Shown piece by piece: positions 38,776 through 52,808 of a DNA stretch of 64,000 nucleotides. The stretch lies in contig LWCA01000021.1 of the NCBI GenBank assembly GCA_001642005.1, positions 17,581-81,580 of the forward strand, given 5' to 3'. The stretch comes from Intoshia linei (taxonomy: Eukaryota; Animalia; Orthonectida). The notes beneath the pieces are model-generated. The model saw only the letters and a program-made list of their open reading frames with translations. It had not been told where the DNA came from and did no database searches. The position numbers and the translations under genes are program-made. Numbering within the stretch: position 1 is the stretch's first letter; every line of letters begins with the position of its first letter.

Positions 38776-39144
38776 ATGAACAATTCCAAGTGTATCGACA
38801 ATTCTTTGTTATCACGGGACTATTCAGTTTACGGGTCACCGGTTCCTACTCAAGGTGACGAAAATATGGACAGAATGACTAGTTTCAAATCGGGACCTTC
38901 AATAAGTATTCAAACCGAAAGTGACGACGTTTCAAAAGTTGACGCTACCAAAAGTGACACTGAAATACCAAGTGAATCTAAGAGACGCTTTACGTATTCT
39001 AACCAAGAAACTATTACTACCAAGACATCGTCTATCAAAGGAATAGGCAAAAGTTTAACCATTGATGCTTCCGTTAAATTACAAGTACAGGAAAATGGAA
39101 GAATTGTCGCGCACAATTTAATTAGCAAGGAACGAAAAAAATAA
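38776..39144 (+). CDS. Intronless 122-aa Ser/Thr-rich orphan ORF
   Basis: AAAATG start context, GC content visibly above flanking DNA, protein-like composition; fills the gap between RERE and PIKfyve. No family recognised. Confidence 0.55.
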   Translation: MNNSKCIDNSLLSRDYSVYGSPVPTQGDENMDRMTSFKSGPSISIQTESDDVSKVDATKSDTEIPSESKRRFTYSNQETITTKTSSIKGIGKSLTIDASVKLQVQENGRIVAHNLISKERKK

Positions 39145-39180
39145 CAAAGAAATATATGTAACAATAAAAAGTTTAAATGG

Positions 39181-42100
39181 TTACATTTTTTTTAAATTAT
39201 CAGTAATTGTGTCTTGTAGATTTGACACGCAGATAATGTAATTATTCATTGCTTCAATAAATCTATTTTTATATTGTTCCGGTTCAATTATGGTGGGTTC
39301 TAAATTAAAGGATTTAGATTTACAACATGTAAGAATACGTTCATTTCCGCTGATTGTAAAAGTCGATTTCAGGACATTTTCCATCCGTTTGGGCCAAGTA
39401 TAAAGACCAATATAATCTTACATGTTATTTATGTATTAATATTAAAAGTACCTACTATTCCTATGGACAAAATATTTTTTTGAGGGTTTATTCCCAATAG
39501 AAAGGAATAGTCAATTATAGATTGACTTAGGAAAAAATCTGTATCGCCTTTGAGGGCTTTATCTAGTTTTTTTTTCGTTTCTTTATCAATATAAATGGGA
39601 TTACGAATGCCGTCTAAAAATTCAAGTATAATGGAAAAGTTTGCCAATAGACTTTAATCTGTCAACTCATACATTTCGAGAACATTCAAGTGTATATAAT
39701 TATATACATCCATTATTGATTAAATTAAATCATCAATAAACATTTTCAACTGAAAGGACTCAAAATAACTAATGTAATGACTAGGTTATTTACCCTGGGG
39801 AAATTTAATATATATTATTATGAATTTCGATTGCAATTGTCAAAATAAATTTATAGCCAACAATGCTTATTATACTTAAGTAACATTATTTTAATTAGTA
39901 ATGTTAACAGTCATCTAATGCTAACATTAACTTTTATTCAATTTGCATAGTGTAAATTGGAAAACATAATTTTAGAGATTCTGTTGCAGTTGGAGGGATT
40001 ATAGTTGAGTAAATTTTGATTACAAATTCGAAATTTACCAACCTTAAATTTTTAACAAATTTTGTAAATCAAATTTTCGCAGTTAAAAAAATATAATAAT
40101 TGCATGTTATGTTTGTAAGTCAATGTAAAGTTTTAGTTAAAGCAGGGGTTCTCTACGTGGGCCACAGAAAATTTTCAACATTAAAAAAAATTTGGTGTAT
40201 TAAGCCATAAAATTGCTAACCAAAACAAAATCTATAAATGCATAATGAATTTGAAATATAAATTTGGAATTATGGTTTACAGATCTTCAAAACTTTGAAC
40301 CAAATGATGCAACCAGTCCTGAACTAACTGAAAAACTCTTGGACTTAAAAGAAGATTTGAAATTAGTAAGACGAATAGAACAGGAAGGTGTATTTTGATT
40401 TATGGGAATTCAAGAATCAAATCCAACTGTGTTTGATTATGTTCAACCATACATTATTGCTTTTCCTACAACATGGCTTGTAGAAGCTAGATTTTCAGCA
40501 GTAGTCAATATTTTTAGTAAGAAGAGGTCAAAATTGGATGTGAATAACCGAGTAATAATGCGATTAAGATTGAATAAACTAATAGAAATTGATTACAATT
40601 CATTGTGCAACAAACACCATCCCAAGGCAGTCACTAACTAGTATAAATTTAAATTTAAATTTAATTGTTGATTATTATTTTTTAATACTTTTCTTGATAC
40701 TTCAAAATTTAAATAAAGGTAAATAAATAAAAGTAGATATTTTAAGGTTTTTTAAGGAGGGCCATGGCCTAAAAAAGGTTGAGAACCGCTGAGTTAAAGT
40801 ATAAACTTTTGTATTGTGCCATGTAACTAAACCCTAATAAATGTAAATAATTTTATTTAAAGGTTTTGTAAAAAATGATATGTGTATTAATAATAAAATT
40901 ACATTCAGTAAAATTTTGATCCAAAAGCACGTTTTGTTGAGAATTATTATCAAGAGTAGCATCCAAATTATATTTTGCAAATCTATTTCGCTTCGAACCT
41001 TTTAAATCAAATATCTATAATAAACCAATAAAAAATTATTATTAGTTGATATTTGCATAGTGTTTAAATTAGTTTGAGGGTAAAAATAAATTTTTTTATA
41101 AAATTTTGACAGATTCGAGGTAAAAACTAATGAACCCTGAACGGGGCACTTTTCCAGTTATTCGTTGCATGTACCTGACCATAAATTTTTTTTTTGATTA
41201 CAATTAGCAAATCATGACCAGTATCCCCTCTAATCTGGGGATATATCACTAAATGCATATACACAGTCTGATATGGGACGTTTCAGAAAAACCAAGAAAA
41301 TATCGGAACTATAATTATTCTCACGGGCCATTTCAATCCAACATCCAATAATATATATATTAAATAATTTTTTAAATTTGTTTTCATAAATATCCTGAGT
41401 CATATAAAGTAAAAGTTGCTAAAAATGTGTCTGTTTGAGAATTCTTTGATACAAAAAAGTGTCCCACGAGATTCAAAAATTCGCCGATCCCTGATGCATA
41501 TTGTTAAATGAGTACCAATATAAAATTTAAGTAAAAAAATAAAAGAAATAAACAAATTGAAACTTTTTCAATTTTTAGAAAATTAATTGTCTATCCCTAC
41601 TCATTGCAGGACACTAATCCATAATACATATTATTAAATAATAATGTAGAATATTAAATCAACCTTTGAAATATTTTGATTATAAAAGACATTTTCTAAT
41701 ATGATAACGTATTCATTGTAATATGGCTTCGACATAATATCATTTGGTTTGATTTTAACTTTAAAAATCCCCAATATTAATGAAATGCACGTATTCAGCT
41801 AAATGACCAATATCAACAAATGTAAACACTATAAAATACATGAATGACGTATCACCGTTTGGGGCAATAGATAAAATAGATTATTTAAAGATAATAAATA
41901 AAAATAGTTTTTTATTTTTTTCATTTTAACAATTATAAAAATTAAACCTACTTTATTAACCGTACTCGGTAAAATAAATTATAAAGAAACTCTAAAAAAT
42001 ACACGATAGTAATGTAAAACTTACAATTTTTTTCTAGTTAATTGTAAAAATTTACTATCATTAGTAAAGAATCATTAATAATCCCAAATGATGAATAATC

Positions 42101-45100
42101 CTACCATAAATAAACAATGACTCACCAAAGTACACATATAGATAGAACCGAACCTAACGTACTTAGACAAAATTTTGTACAATGGAGACATCGTTTTCCA
42201 AATAAAAAATATATCATAACTGTTTTGTAGGTCACAGTGGAATTTTCAAGGCCAGACCCGTAAAATGATGATGTGGCTAGGAAACTAAAATTGTTTTAAG
42301 GCCTATTTTTGATTTCAAGAGGGGCGTGCATAATAAGTTAGGCTGTGCACTGCACATAAACACTGAATTTTTAAGTTTATAAATTGGATCATTATTGACA
42401 TCAGCAAAAATGTATTTTATTCCTGACATATAACATTTTAAATAAAATGCATACATGTAACCAGAACCGAACCTATCAAGCTTGAAACAACCAGAAAATG
42501 AAAAGTAAGAATCTAAAAATTTTTATCAGACAATCCGTAGTGTTATATAGCCCCTAGCTACCACTCTAAGGAGCTAGACTAGACATCTTAATACCACACA
42601 CAAAATAGTTATGATATTAAAGAATATCATTTTTTTAATGTAAATGATTTTTAATTTGGGGAAATCAGGCCTGTAATTAATAAAAATTTTGTCGAGGTCC
42701 CCTCGAAGAGGATATTGGTATAGTAGGTTCGGCACTGCATGTAATATATATGCATTTGCAAAATATACTTTTTTAGTGCATGGAATTTGAATTTTGTTTG
42801 AGAACACTCAATACAATAAATCATTATAATGCTTTTTAGTAATTAAAAAAGCTTTGAAATGAATCGTATATATTGAAAGGTAAAAATATAATTTTAAACA
42901 ATTCGAATACCCGTGTAATGTATAAATTACATAATGAAATATAAACATTATTTTGGATGATATCGAGTACATATTCAAAATATTTTTTGGAAATGTGGCC
43001 AAATTTTTCAACATCACTACTAGGTATATATTTGAGCACAAATCGATTATCTAAATGGATACTAAAACAAATAAAATATTAAATAAATATCCTAGATCAG
43101 TGGTTCTCAACCTAATCTCAAAGTGAAATTTTTTCCTTATGAGACTCATGAGCCATTACTGAGATTTCAAGAAAAATAAGTTCAGTAAGTTACCATGAAA
43201 TGGAGTAAATCTCGTGAAACACATATTGAGAATAACGAAAACGACGGTAAATAATATAAAATAACAAAAACTTGAGATAATTACATATTTATTACAAAAT
43301 AAAAGAGTAAAATAATACCATGAGTAATAAAAAATTTTGAACCAGATTTTCCTCCACTAGCTTTTAATAAACTTGACTGTATTAATGAAAATATGAAACT
43401 AAAATATTATACAATATTATATACAAATTTAGAATAGACAAAGTTTAAAAAATTTATAATTTCATTCTATAATGTAATTAATTTCCAAATACACATGTAA
43501 TAATCCAAATGTACAATGTAATCTTACAAATATGCGCTAATTCAAAAACTTTTATTTGTGTTTTATTTTTTTTAAAAAAATAAAATTAAAAGTATCTTAA
43601 ACTTAAAATTTATATTAATTATGTATAATGAATTTGTCATAAATAAGGTAGAGTAAAATAAATTATATTGGAATCCCGAATCATAACAACTAAAAAAGTG
43701 TCGATTCTACAAAATGAATTAAATTATAAACAATTAAATTACTTTTCATGATAAAGTGATTTTAATTTTCTGAGATTTGCAAAATTATTAGCAAAATATA
43801 CAATGACACAATATGTAAACTTTGAATTATAAAAATCTAAAAAATATAATAAACCAACAGTTCCCAAAGGTATAAAAAACATGGACCTCCCATTCAATAA
43901 AACATGTTTGGAAATGTAAGGCTATGTAATAGTATGGTAAACTTTTTTGTACTTAGTTTTATAAAATTTGTACTGAGTACTTTATAAAAATATTTTATTA
44001 GATTTTGCAGAATTGTCAGATGTTGAGATTTTTTTGAAAGATCCGAAAAATTCTCTACACAAATGTTAAAAAACAAAATTAAGATGGAATAATTCAATTT
44101 AAAGTAAAAAGTAATGTGATATATCGGTTCCACTTCAAACAAGTTTGGGAACCACTCTTTTAAAGGATTGATAATAGTGAATAGTAGAATTTTTAAGTTA
44201 GATTTTCAAAGTGAATTTATTTTTTTGGTAGAATAAAAATGTGCACTCGGCAGAGCTAGGTGCTGTTTGTACGTAGTACATAACTTTAAACAGTCAACCT
44301 AGTTTATATATAATTAAAATATTCACAAATTGTCAATATAAACTATTTTGATTGATTTTCAGTATTATTTTGTATGGTAAATACAAACAAAATAACAATT
44401 ACCAATTTCTTTGTGTAATTGTTTATCTAAACAAATATATATTTTAATAAATATCTTTAAGTCAACAAAAACTTTTAATAAAATAATAATAATTAATAAT
44501 ACATTACTATTTGACACAAGCAAATAAGAATGACTAAATATATAAATAAAAAATATATTAAAACTACAAACGTTTCAAACAAATCTAAAGCACAGGCCGC
44601 AACAGTAGAAATTTCATCATTCTTTAAAATTATTGAGAGTTTTATCATTTGCTTTTTAAAAATAAAATTGTGTTGTTTCGTTCTACCATAAAAATAACGT
44701 AAATAATTAAAATTATAATTATAATTACACAGTACACTTTTCTTTATATTAATTAATTAAAAAATTACGTAGAAAGTAAAATTGATCCTTCCTCAACAAA
44801 TTTCAATAAATTCGAATCTAAAAAAAATAAAAAATTAAGACACTGAAAATATTAAATTTAATATCCATCAATAAAAAAATTACCATCAATTTTCAACACA
44901 ATTTGAGACTGTATAAAATCTTGCAATTTATTTTCTTTTATACTAAAAATGTGTAAATAAAAAAAATTAAAAAGATGAAAAAATTACCAATGATTAAAAT
45001 TACAAATACTATTACTAATATCTATTTCGATCGACACATTTTCAAAGTATTTTTTATACAAATTTTCAGAGTTTGCTGTATAAATATAAGAAATAAATAA

Positions 45101-48100
45101 AATTTAGATAAAATTTTACATTTAAAAATTTGATCAAAATTAAGCAAATTTGAATCAAAGTTTAATAAATTGCAATAATTTAAAAACTTATTCTAAATAA
45201 AAATTAAATATTAAAAATTAAAAAATATGTAATAAAATTACATAAAAATTATCCCAATCACAAAAAAATGTTGCAGGAATAGTTAATGGGTACATCATTA
45301 ATGATTTATTGAACAAAACGAAGAGTTTTTTATAGTTTAGTAATCTAAACATTACATTTAGTTATAACAGTTAATATCATCGTTAATAAAGGACTGCCAA
45401 ATCTTTTTAGTCGTGAACCTTACTTGCCATATAGAAATCCAAAACTCAAAAAATTGTAAAGACATTAAATAATGTGTATTTAAATTTTTTTCATTTACCC
45501 TACCGGTCTACACCGACTACATTGGTTGCCCTGCATAGAAAAAATTTGTTTTTTTATATTTACATTTGTTCTACATGTGTTTGATAATTAACAAGGTATT
45601 TATGTACATATTCAGAATGGTAATTTTTGTTTAATTTAGAGTAAATATTTGTGGGGTAATTTATTTTAAAATATTTAAAGCTTTGACATCTAAAATAAAC
45701 ATTTTATCAACAAGATTCATATCTATTTATGCTATATCATAATAATTTAGTAATTAAAAAGAAAATACTTAAAAGCAAGACATTTTTCTTTATAAATAAA
45801 TCCAAACTCTTTGTTGTTTATGTTAAAATCTTGACAGTCACATGCAAAAATGAAACTATCAGTATTATATGAGAGCTAAACATTGAATTTACATAATTAT
45901 AACCAAAATATAAATTGTAATAGTTATTTACAATACTAGATTAGAGGTCATTATATATTTCTGCAATATATAAAATAATAATAATATTATAATCTTCCCC
46001 CTAAAATTTAAAGAATACGTTTCCTCATAGTCCACTTTTTAAAGTTTTTAAAGGGTTGCGTGATATTAAGATGTACAGAATCATTGTTGTATTTAATTGT
46101 TAATACATTATAGATTAGTAAATCAATAAATTACAATTTGAATAAATCGTGGTAGTGGTAAATATAATACATAATCAGATGAACGAGATATGGTACAACT
46201 CTAAATAAATAATATAAAAATAAAAACTATACACCAAGGATCGGCGTTTTTGACTAATATTATAATTATAATGCTAATAATAATATTATTTTTTAATTTA
46301 ATCATAATGTAAATAATAATTAGAATAAATTTTTTGTGGTGGTTAAGATTTAAACTTAAATTTAATAAACATACTTTTGAACATCCTTTACAAACTTTAA
46401 TGTAATAAATGTGGCCGTCATTATAATCTTGAAAATTTAAATCTTTTACAAAATCAAAATTGAAATAAATATCAATTTGTAAAAAATTGTAGCAAATTCT
46501 AATAGTATGAGAATTTAGAGGACGAGAGCATATATTGTTGGAACATGAATTATAATTTAGAAAAAAATATATTTGCATAAATTTCACTAATGCAATATTC
46601 AAATTATTATAGCAAATTGATTGGATATATCTAAACATTAAATGTAAATAAAATTAATTTTATAATTACTTGGGTGAGCAGCACAAGTGAATGCATTGTT
46701 TCAGTTTAATATATAAAAGAATGACAATATTGGGAGAACTAAGGTTTATAAATATATTTGACAATGGTGGTAAAATCTAAAATATTTATCATGTTATTTG
46801 TAGTTAATCCGATAAATTTTATCACTTGATGTAATAAAATGGTATGAGTCAACATTTTCTCACATAATCAAAAGAAAATAGACCTAAACAAGGACAAACC
46901 ATAACATGGATTATTAACTTAATAGATATAAAAGATTGTTGTAGTAGGGAGGGAACATTGAAAGAGTAGGTACATCCCTCTTTTCATCATTTTTAGTTTC
47001 ATAATTAGACCCGAATTGTACAAAAATTTCGTCGAGGTCACCCGAAGAGTGTGTAGTTGTACGGTAGGTTCGACTCTACCTTAACATTCACATTGGATAG
47101 AAACCATATTTTAGTTTTTAAAACTTTTAAAAGAGTTTTTGTAGTTTTTTGAAATACTTTGTAGGGTTAATTATAAACTTTATAGAAAGAGTGGTATAAA
47201 TCTTGTAAAACTACTCGGTACGTGACTTCGATTGTGATATATTATTTTTTGAAAAATAGAAAAAAATGTATAGTGTAAAACTTACAGATTTTTCACTTTC
47301 ATCGTGTCCAACAAACTTAGGCATATTCTCTGATATGTTCAATCTATAATCCGACACCAGATTCTAAAATTATTAAAATATAAACTGTACGTTTTCAATT
47401 ATAAGACTAGCTTTTTTGTTATGAATACACAAAAACAATAGATAGCTCTGTCAAGTGTAGACTTTTCCATATACATTTTCATTTTATTACTCAAAATTAT
47501 GGATAATTTGTGGTTTTGACCATTAATATGAAAATTTCACTTACTAAAACCTATGAGCAGAGCTGTCTTAAGCTACTTCGTGGCTCTGGGCTAAAATTTG
47601 TATGTTATTCTAGACATTGGCGGAGTATTAAAATAATTTAATATTTAATTATATTGTTTATAATTAATAAAAAATGTTATATATTAATATATAAAATATG
47701 TTAAATATACTTTTAAATATCAATTAATTAATAAATTAACAATCAGAAAATTGTATTAACGTTAAGATTTTGACAAATGTATATTTTATTAACTCTTTTT
47801 AGGAGATTATTTGTTATTATTAAAAAAAATTTTCAAATTATGTATTTTCTGAAATAAAATAGAAAAATCGGCCACCGTTGAGAACCCTAATCTAGATCAG
47901 TGATACTTAACCGGTGCGCTGCAGTGTATTGATATGAATTAAGTAAAGTTCAAGTGCGCCCAAAGAAATTTGAGTTTATTTTATAAATTTTTAAAAATTA
48001 GTATCAAACTTTTACATAGACCATTATTTTATGAACATTTATGATTTACCATTTAATATAATGTATTATTTAAATAATATGGTGAATACCAAAAATATCA

Positions 48101-51100
48101 ACATTCCATCATAAAATTTTTACATCAAATGTTCTTTACTATATTTAAGTTTAGCAAATAAAATTATTTGTATTATAATTTTATATTGATTGTTTTTAAT
48201 CTTTGTACATTTTCGAATATTGATGTGATTTTTTCTTATCAAAATTTAAAGTTGCAAATTTTTTTTATTTAACAAGTGTATCCTGAAGTAAACAAAGTTA
48301 AGAAACACTCGTCTATAAATATAAATGTATAACTATAATTTTTCAAAATCTTTTTATAATTGAAAAACCGTACCCGTATTTCGTCATTTGATTCATTAAA
48401 AAACCAAAAATTGTCACTCGAATCGGAATCTACAAATAAACTAAAATAAAAAATCAAATTGTTCAAAATAACCATCAATATCAATTGAATAATTCTGTTT
48501 GTCACTAAATTTATAAATTAAAATGAAATATATAAAAAAATCTACAATAAAATAATAATTAACCAATTATCAACATTGATTACAATAATTATAATTAATA
48601 AATAATACAATAAAAATTGAAAATTTGAAAAAATATGACAAATAAAAAGTTGTATTCGCTATAAAAGCGATGGAAATTATACAATATTACCTGTGATAAA
48701 ATTATTACAAAAGGCGCCAAAATGTAAATATTGCTGTATTCAAAAATTAAAAAATAAACCAAATTTCCATGTTTAAAGGTTTACATTCACAAATCGGTAT
48801 TGAAAATTTGACACAATTATGAATAAGTGGCAAATCAAACAATAAATATTCAAAACTGCTCATTTCATTCAAAACCACATCTTGATTGTCTTTAAAAGAA
48901 AACCCAAAGTCATGCAAACATTCCGTTTCAATAATCATCTTGTATACACAAAATATTAAACATTTTAAAATATTTTTTACCTAAGAAATTGCATTAATAT
49001 TAATAACGGTAATAAAAATTTAAATTAAAAATAAATTTTAGGAAAAATTACTCTGGCAGCAATTTCTTTGCTTTTATTAGATATCACGATTGATATTATT
49101 CCGACAGGTTTTTCTTCGTGTAAAATTATTACATTTTGACCGACATCTATATTTATGAATTAAACAAAATTGAAATTATTATTTAGCCAGTTACACCACA
49201 ATAAGTGACGTGACACTTAGGAGTTTATGTCAAATAGTATACATGTAGTATTCTGCATTTTTAAACAATTAAAACTAATTTTTTGGAACATTATTTCAAA
49301 GGGTTATTAATATTTTTACTGCAGAAGGGGAGACGCAAAAAAAATTTAGCGACCATCTGATATGATATATCTAAAAATACCGATATTTGAACAGGGTACA
49401 ATATGAACCATAGAGCAAACAGCCAATTGTTTAATATTTTTTAGAAAGTGAATATTATCTAGCACTAAACCTCCATACAAGTTTTGAACGCTTTTTAATG
49501 ATTTCTAATATAATAATTATATAAATTATACTTTACTAATATTATTTCAACATTTTTAATGCGTCAATTGGTAATTAAAAGTTTTTTTTAAGTCACGTTT
49601 ATTTTCATTTTTTTAATTGAAACGGAGCAAAAAGGCATACACATACATTCAGAGTACCTAACCGCTTAAAGATAAATTGAACAATTGAATATTTTTATGA
49701 AATTTTGATTTAATTGAATTATATGGCCCACTATTATAATTATAATAGACGATTATGAATGTTGATTAAACGTTATATTCCATGTGAATTAAATTACAAT
49801 TTTAATGTTTTCAACAATAATAAAATTTTCATCAATCAAAGCTTCATAAAGAGACGCATTGATACTTCCACTTGTAATGATAATTTTGACGTTAAATTTT
49901 TTTAATCGCATACTAATTTTTTCGATAAATTCCTTTTCCTGTATTTTATAATTAATCATGCATTATCTTTTATAGCTATAAACAAAAATAAAATTTAGAT
50001 ACCTGACCAATAAAAACATTAATGTCTGAAACAGTTTCATCGATTGTGAGATTGATTGAATTTTGTACAAGTAAAATAAATGCATTCACGGAACATTTAT
50101 TCATACGTTTGAATACAGATTGAAACTTTATCATTAACCCATGAAAACACTCGATATTTATGGCTCCATCATTCGTTATTTTCTAAAAATCAATCAATAA
50201 ATATTTATTGGAACACTTTTCATTCAATATACAATATTCAATACGCATGTGACCACATAATATTTTTTGTGATTTCTAAGAGAACCAATAAATGTTTTGA
50301 ATTTAGTCACCTCATTTTTATTTCTCACTAATTTAATCTTACATTTAATTAATAACTCATGAAACGATAATAATTTATTAATTAATAAAATAACCTTTTT
50401 AATTTGTACAGTTTCATCAAGTGGAATACGATTGGTCCCTTTGATTATTATATTGTGTGTCAAATTATGCACGAAATTTAACAAATCTTCAATAAATCCA
50501 ATTGGTAAATGATAATATAGAAACATTGCCAAACAAACATTGCGAATATGATTTGTGTAAACCTTTCTATATATACATTAGGTGTTTATTTTCATATTAA
50601 AAAAGCCATTTACACAATTTATGCATTAAAAACCATCGAAAACAATTCAAAAAAAATTTGAAAATGTGTTTGAAATTACACAATGTGTTCATTGTGGAAT
50701 TAATATCTTGAGTCAAGATTTTTAACCAATGTAGCAAATAATTTTTAGATTGAACCATGTGTTAACGAATACACTGGTATGTTTATAATGATTCCTCATC
50801 ACGTGATCAGTGACTTATTTGATAGTTAAAAAAGTTAGAAAACGAACAACCCTAATTATATAATTATTTACAATAGAATTAATTATAATGATAGGTTTTT
50901 TGTAAAAATATTAAAATTTGATTTTGTAAACAATTTAAAATATTCGAATTCTAATGATCTAATGACAAAATAATTACATCAGCATATCTTGACAAACTTC
51001 AGAGCTAAGATTTATATCTAAAACATTTCAATATAAAAATGGGTAATAATATCACTAGGGCTTAACATTTTGTATTTTATGTCATTTATAACATTTGGAC

Positions 51101-52625
51101 GCGTTTGTATAACATTACGATTTTAGTAAATGCCAACTTCAGAAACGTACATCTTGATGGTCAAATACACAAATTAGCCGTTGTTTTAAAAATAAAAAAA
51201 CTTACATCATTTTATAAAACATAAATTCAGTATAGTTTTTAAATCCCCAAATATTATCACATATCACAACTTGAAAAACTTAAATTCAATTAAAAAGTGG
51301 GCCCTCGACATATCTAACTGCGGTTTGTAGTTCCAAATCTGCCGTATTCTGATGTACACCTTCTGAGAGGTGGGCTCGACTATATTTTTTTTAATGTCAT
51401 CATTTTTCCAAATTGAGAATTAAAAAGATATTCTTGAATATCATTACTATTTTGTTTGTTAAATTTAAAATATAAACTCGACATCACAGAGTTTACTAGG
51501 AGCAATATGACAACGCATCGTTTTCGAAACAAATTGTTTTAGGGCCTATTTTTAATTCTCGGTGGCCTTGAGCTGGGTAGGTTCGGCTCTGGATGTTTGT
51601 CCGAAGTACGTAATAGTAAAATTTACTCAGTCAGCTTGACTGAGACAAACTAATATTGTACACAATTAGCATTAAATTAATGTCAAGTTTTCATAATTCC
51701 AATAAAATCGTGAAATTTCGTCAGGCCACCTCAGTGGGACCTAACCACACGGTTGGGAAACACTCATGTACAATGTACACATTTTTAATCAAATGAAAAA
51801 TAATAAAAATAACAATTTAAACTATGGGTAGTGATTACATTTCACCCGCGAGACAAATAATAAAAAAAATTGTATAAAAATGGCAGGGCAATTTTTTTCA
51901 AACTCCATTGAGATAAATTTCAAAATAAAATATTTTTTTTATTATTAAAATTATTTACGATGGTTCAAAATTGGGATATAAATTAGTAGTTGATTGGCGA
52001 GTTTTCCAAAAATTATTACAAGTCAAATCAATTCGTTACCAATTTCCGCTAATTCACCCTCATGGTATAGTATTTTAAATTAAAATTCAGCACAGTACCT
52101 CGCAACAGAATAAACATTATCAGAGGACGGGATCCGGCCTTGAGCCGTATCGTGTCCACCTGATTTAAACGCTTAAATTTAAGAGAATATAGAATACCGC
52201 TTTGAACATTATGCATCAAACGCAATGTAGAGAATGGAGTATAAATCTTATACCTAAAAAGGTTACTAAATATAAATGCACATTGTACAATATACACTTG
52301 CGAGTCACTATTTAATCGATTTATCACATTTTCATGATATTTATAGCTGTGAAATAAGTGTTCTTTATCACAATTTTGGTAAACTTTGAAGCACATTGCA
52401 CAGAGGCGTACAGCACCTATTTATTTAATGAAAAATAAAAAATTTTTAAAAACCTTTCAAATTTAACAATGCATTAAATAAATGTGATCGTTTCTGTGAA
52501 CATTTGTTACAAAAAATGTTACCACAAAGACGACAATGATGTCGCCTGTTTACTAAAGTAAATTTTGACTTGCAAACAAAGCAATTGGTGGTAGATTCGT
52601 CAGATAACCAAAAATATGTTTCCAT
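39181..52625 (-). CDS. PIKFYVE: 1-phosphatidylinositol 3-phosphate 5-kinase PIKfyve/Fab1, many exons
   Basis: N-terminal FYVE (METYFWLSDESTTNCFVCKSKFTLVNRRHHCRLCGNIFCNKC / VRLCAMC), CCT-like exons (~47-50.5 kb), Cys/His-rich exon (46201-46638), and PIPK domain: SGGKSGSKFFITHDNRFVLK, ILENVF, IFDLKGSKRNR, VLLDQN, IIDYSFLLGI, GIVDYIGLYTW, PTIIEPEQYKNRFIEAM. Confidence 0.92.
40143..40791 (+). mobile_element. hAT (Buster/Charlie-like) deletion derivative with transposase dimerisation-domain remnant, in PIKfyve intron
   Basis: CAGGGGTTCTC ... GAGAACCGCTG termini with a perfect 8-bp TSD AGTTAAAG; encodes IIAFPTTWLVEARFSAVVNIFSKKRSKLD...RLRL (40402-40641). Confidence 0.9.
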
Positions 52626-52808
52626 TAATATAACGCAGAATTTTTTTTGATTTACATAATTAACAAAAACAATAATGTTACATTTATCCTATTTTCAATA
52701 TAGTGCAATTAAAATTTAATTTGAAAACATTAATTTTTGATTAATAATGATTTATGAAAGTTAAAAATTAACTAAAATTTTTATTTATAATTATTTGACA
52801 ATTTACAA

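Noticed and set aside
42574-44142. Short F/I/L/Y-rich ORFs (42574, 42808, 43894; also 11323, 22592-22933, 28074, 61124)
   Set aside because: Low-complexity translations of AT-rich intron or TE sequence with no splice or homology support.
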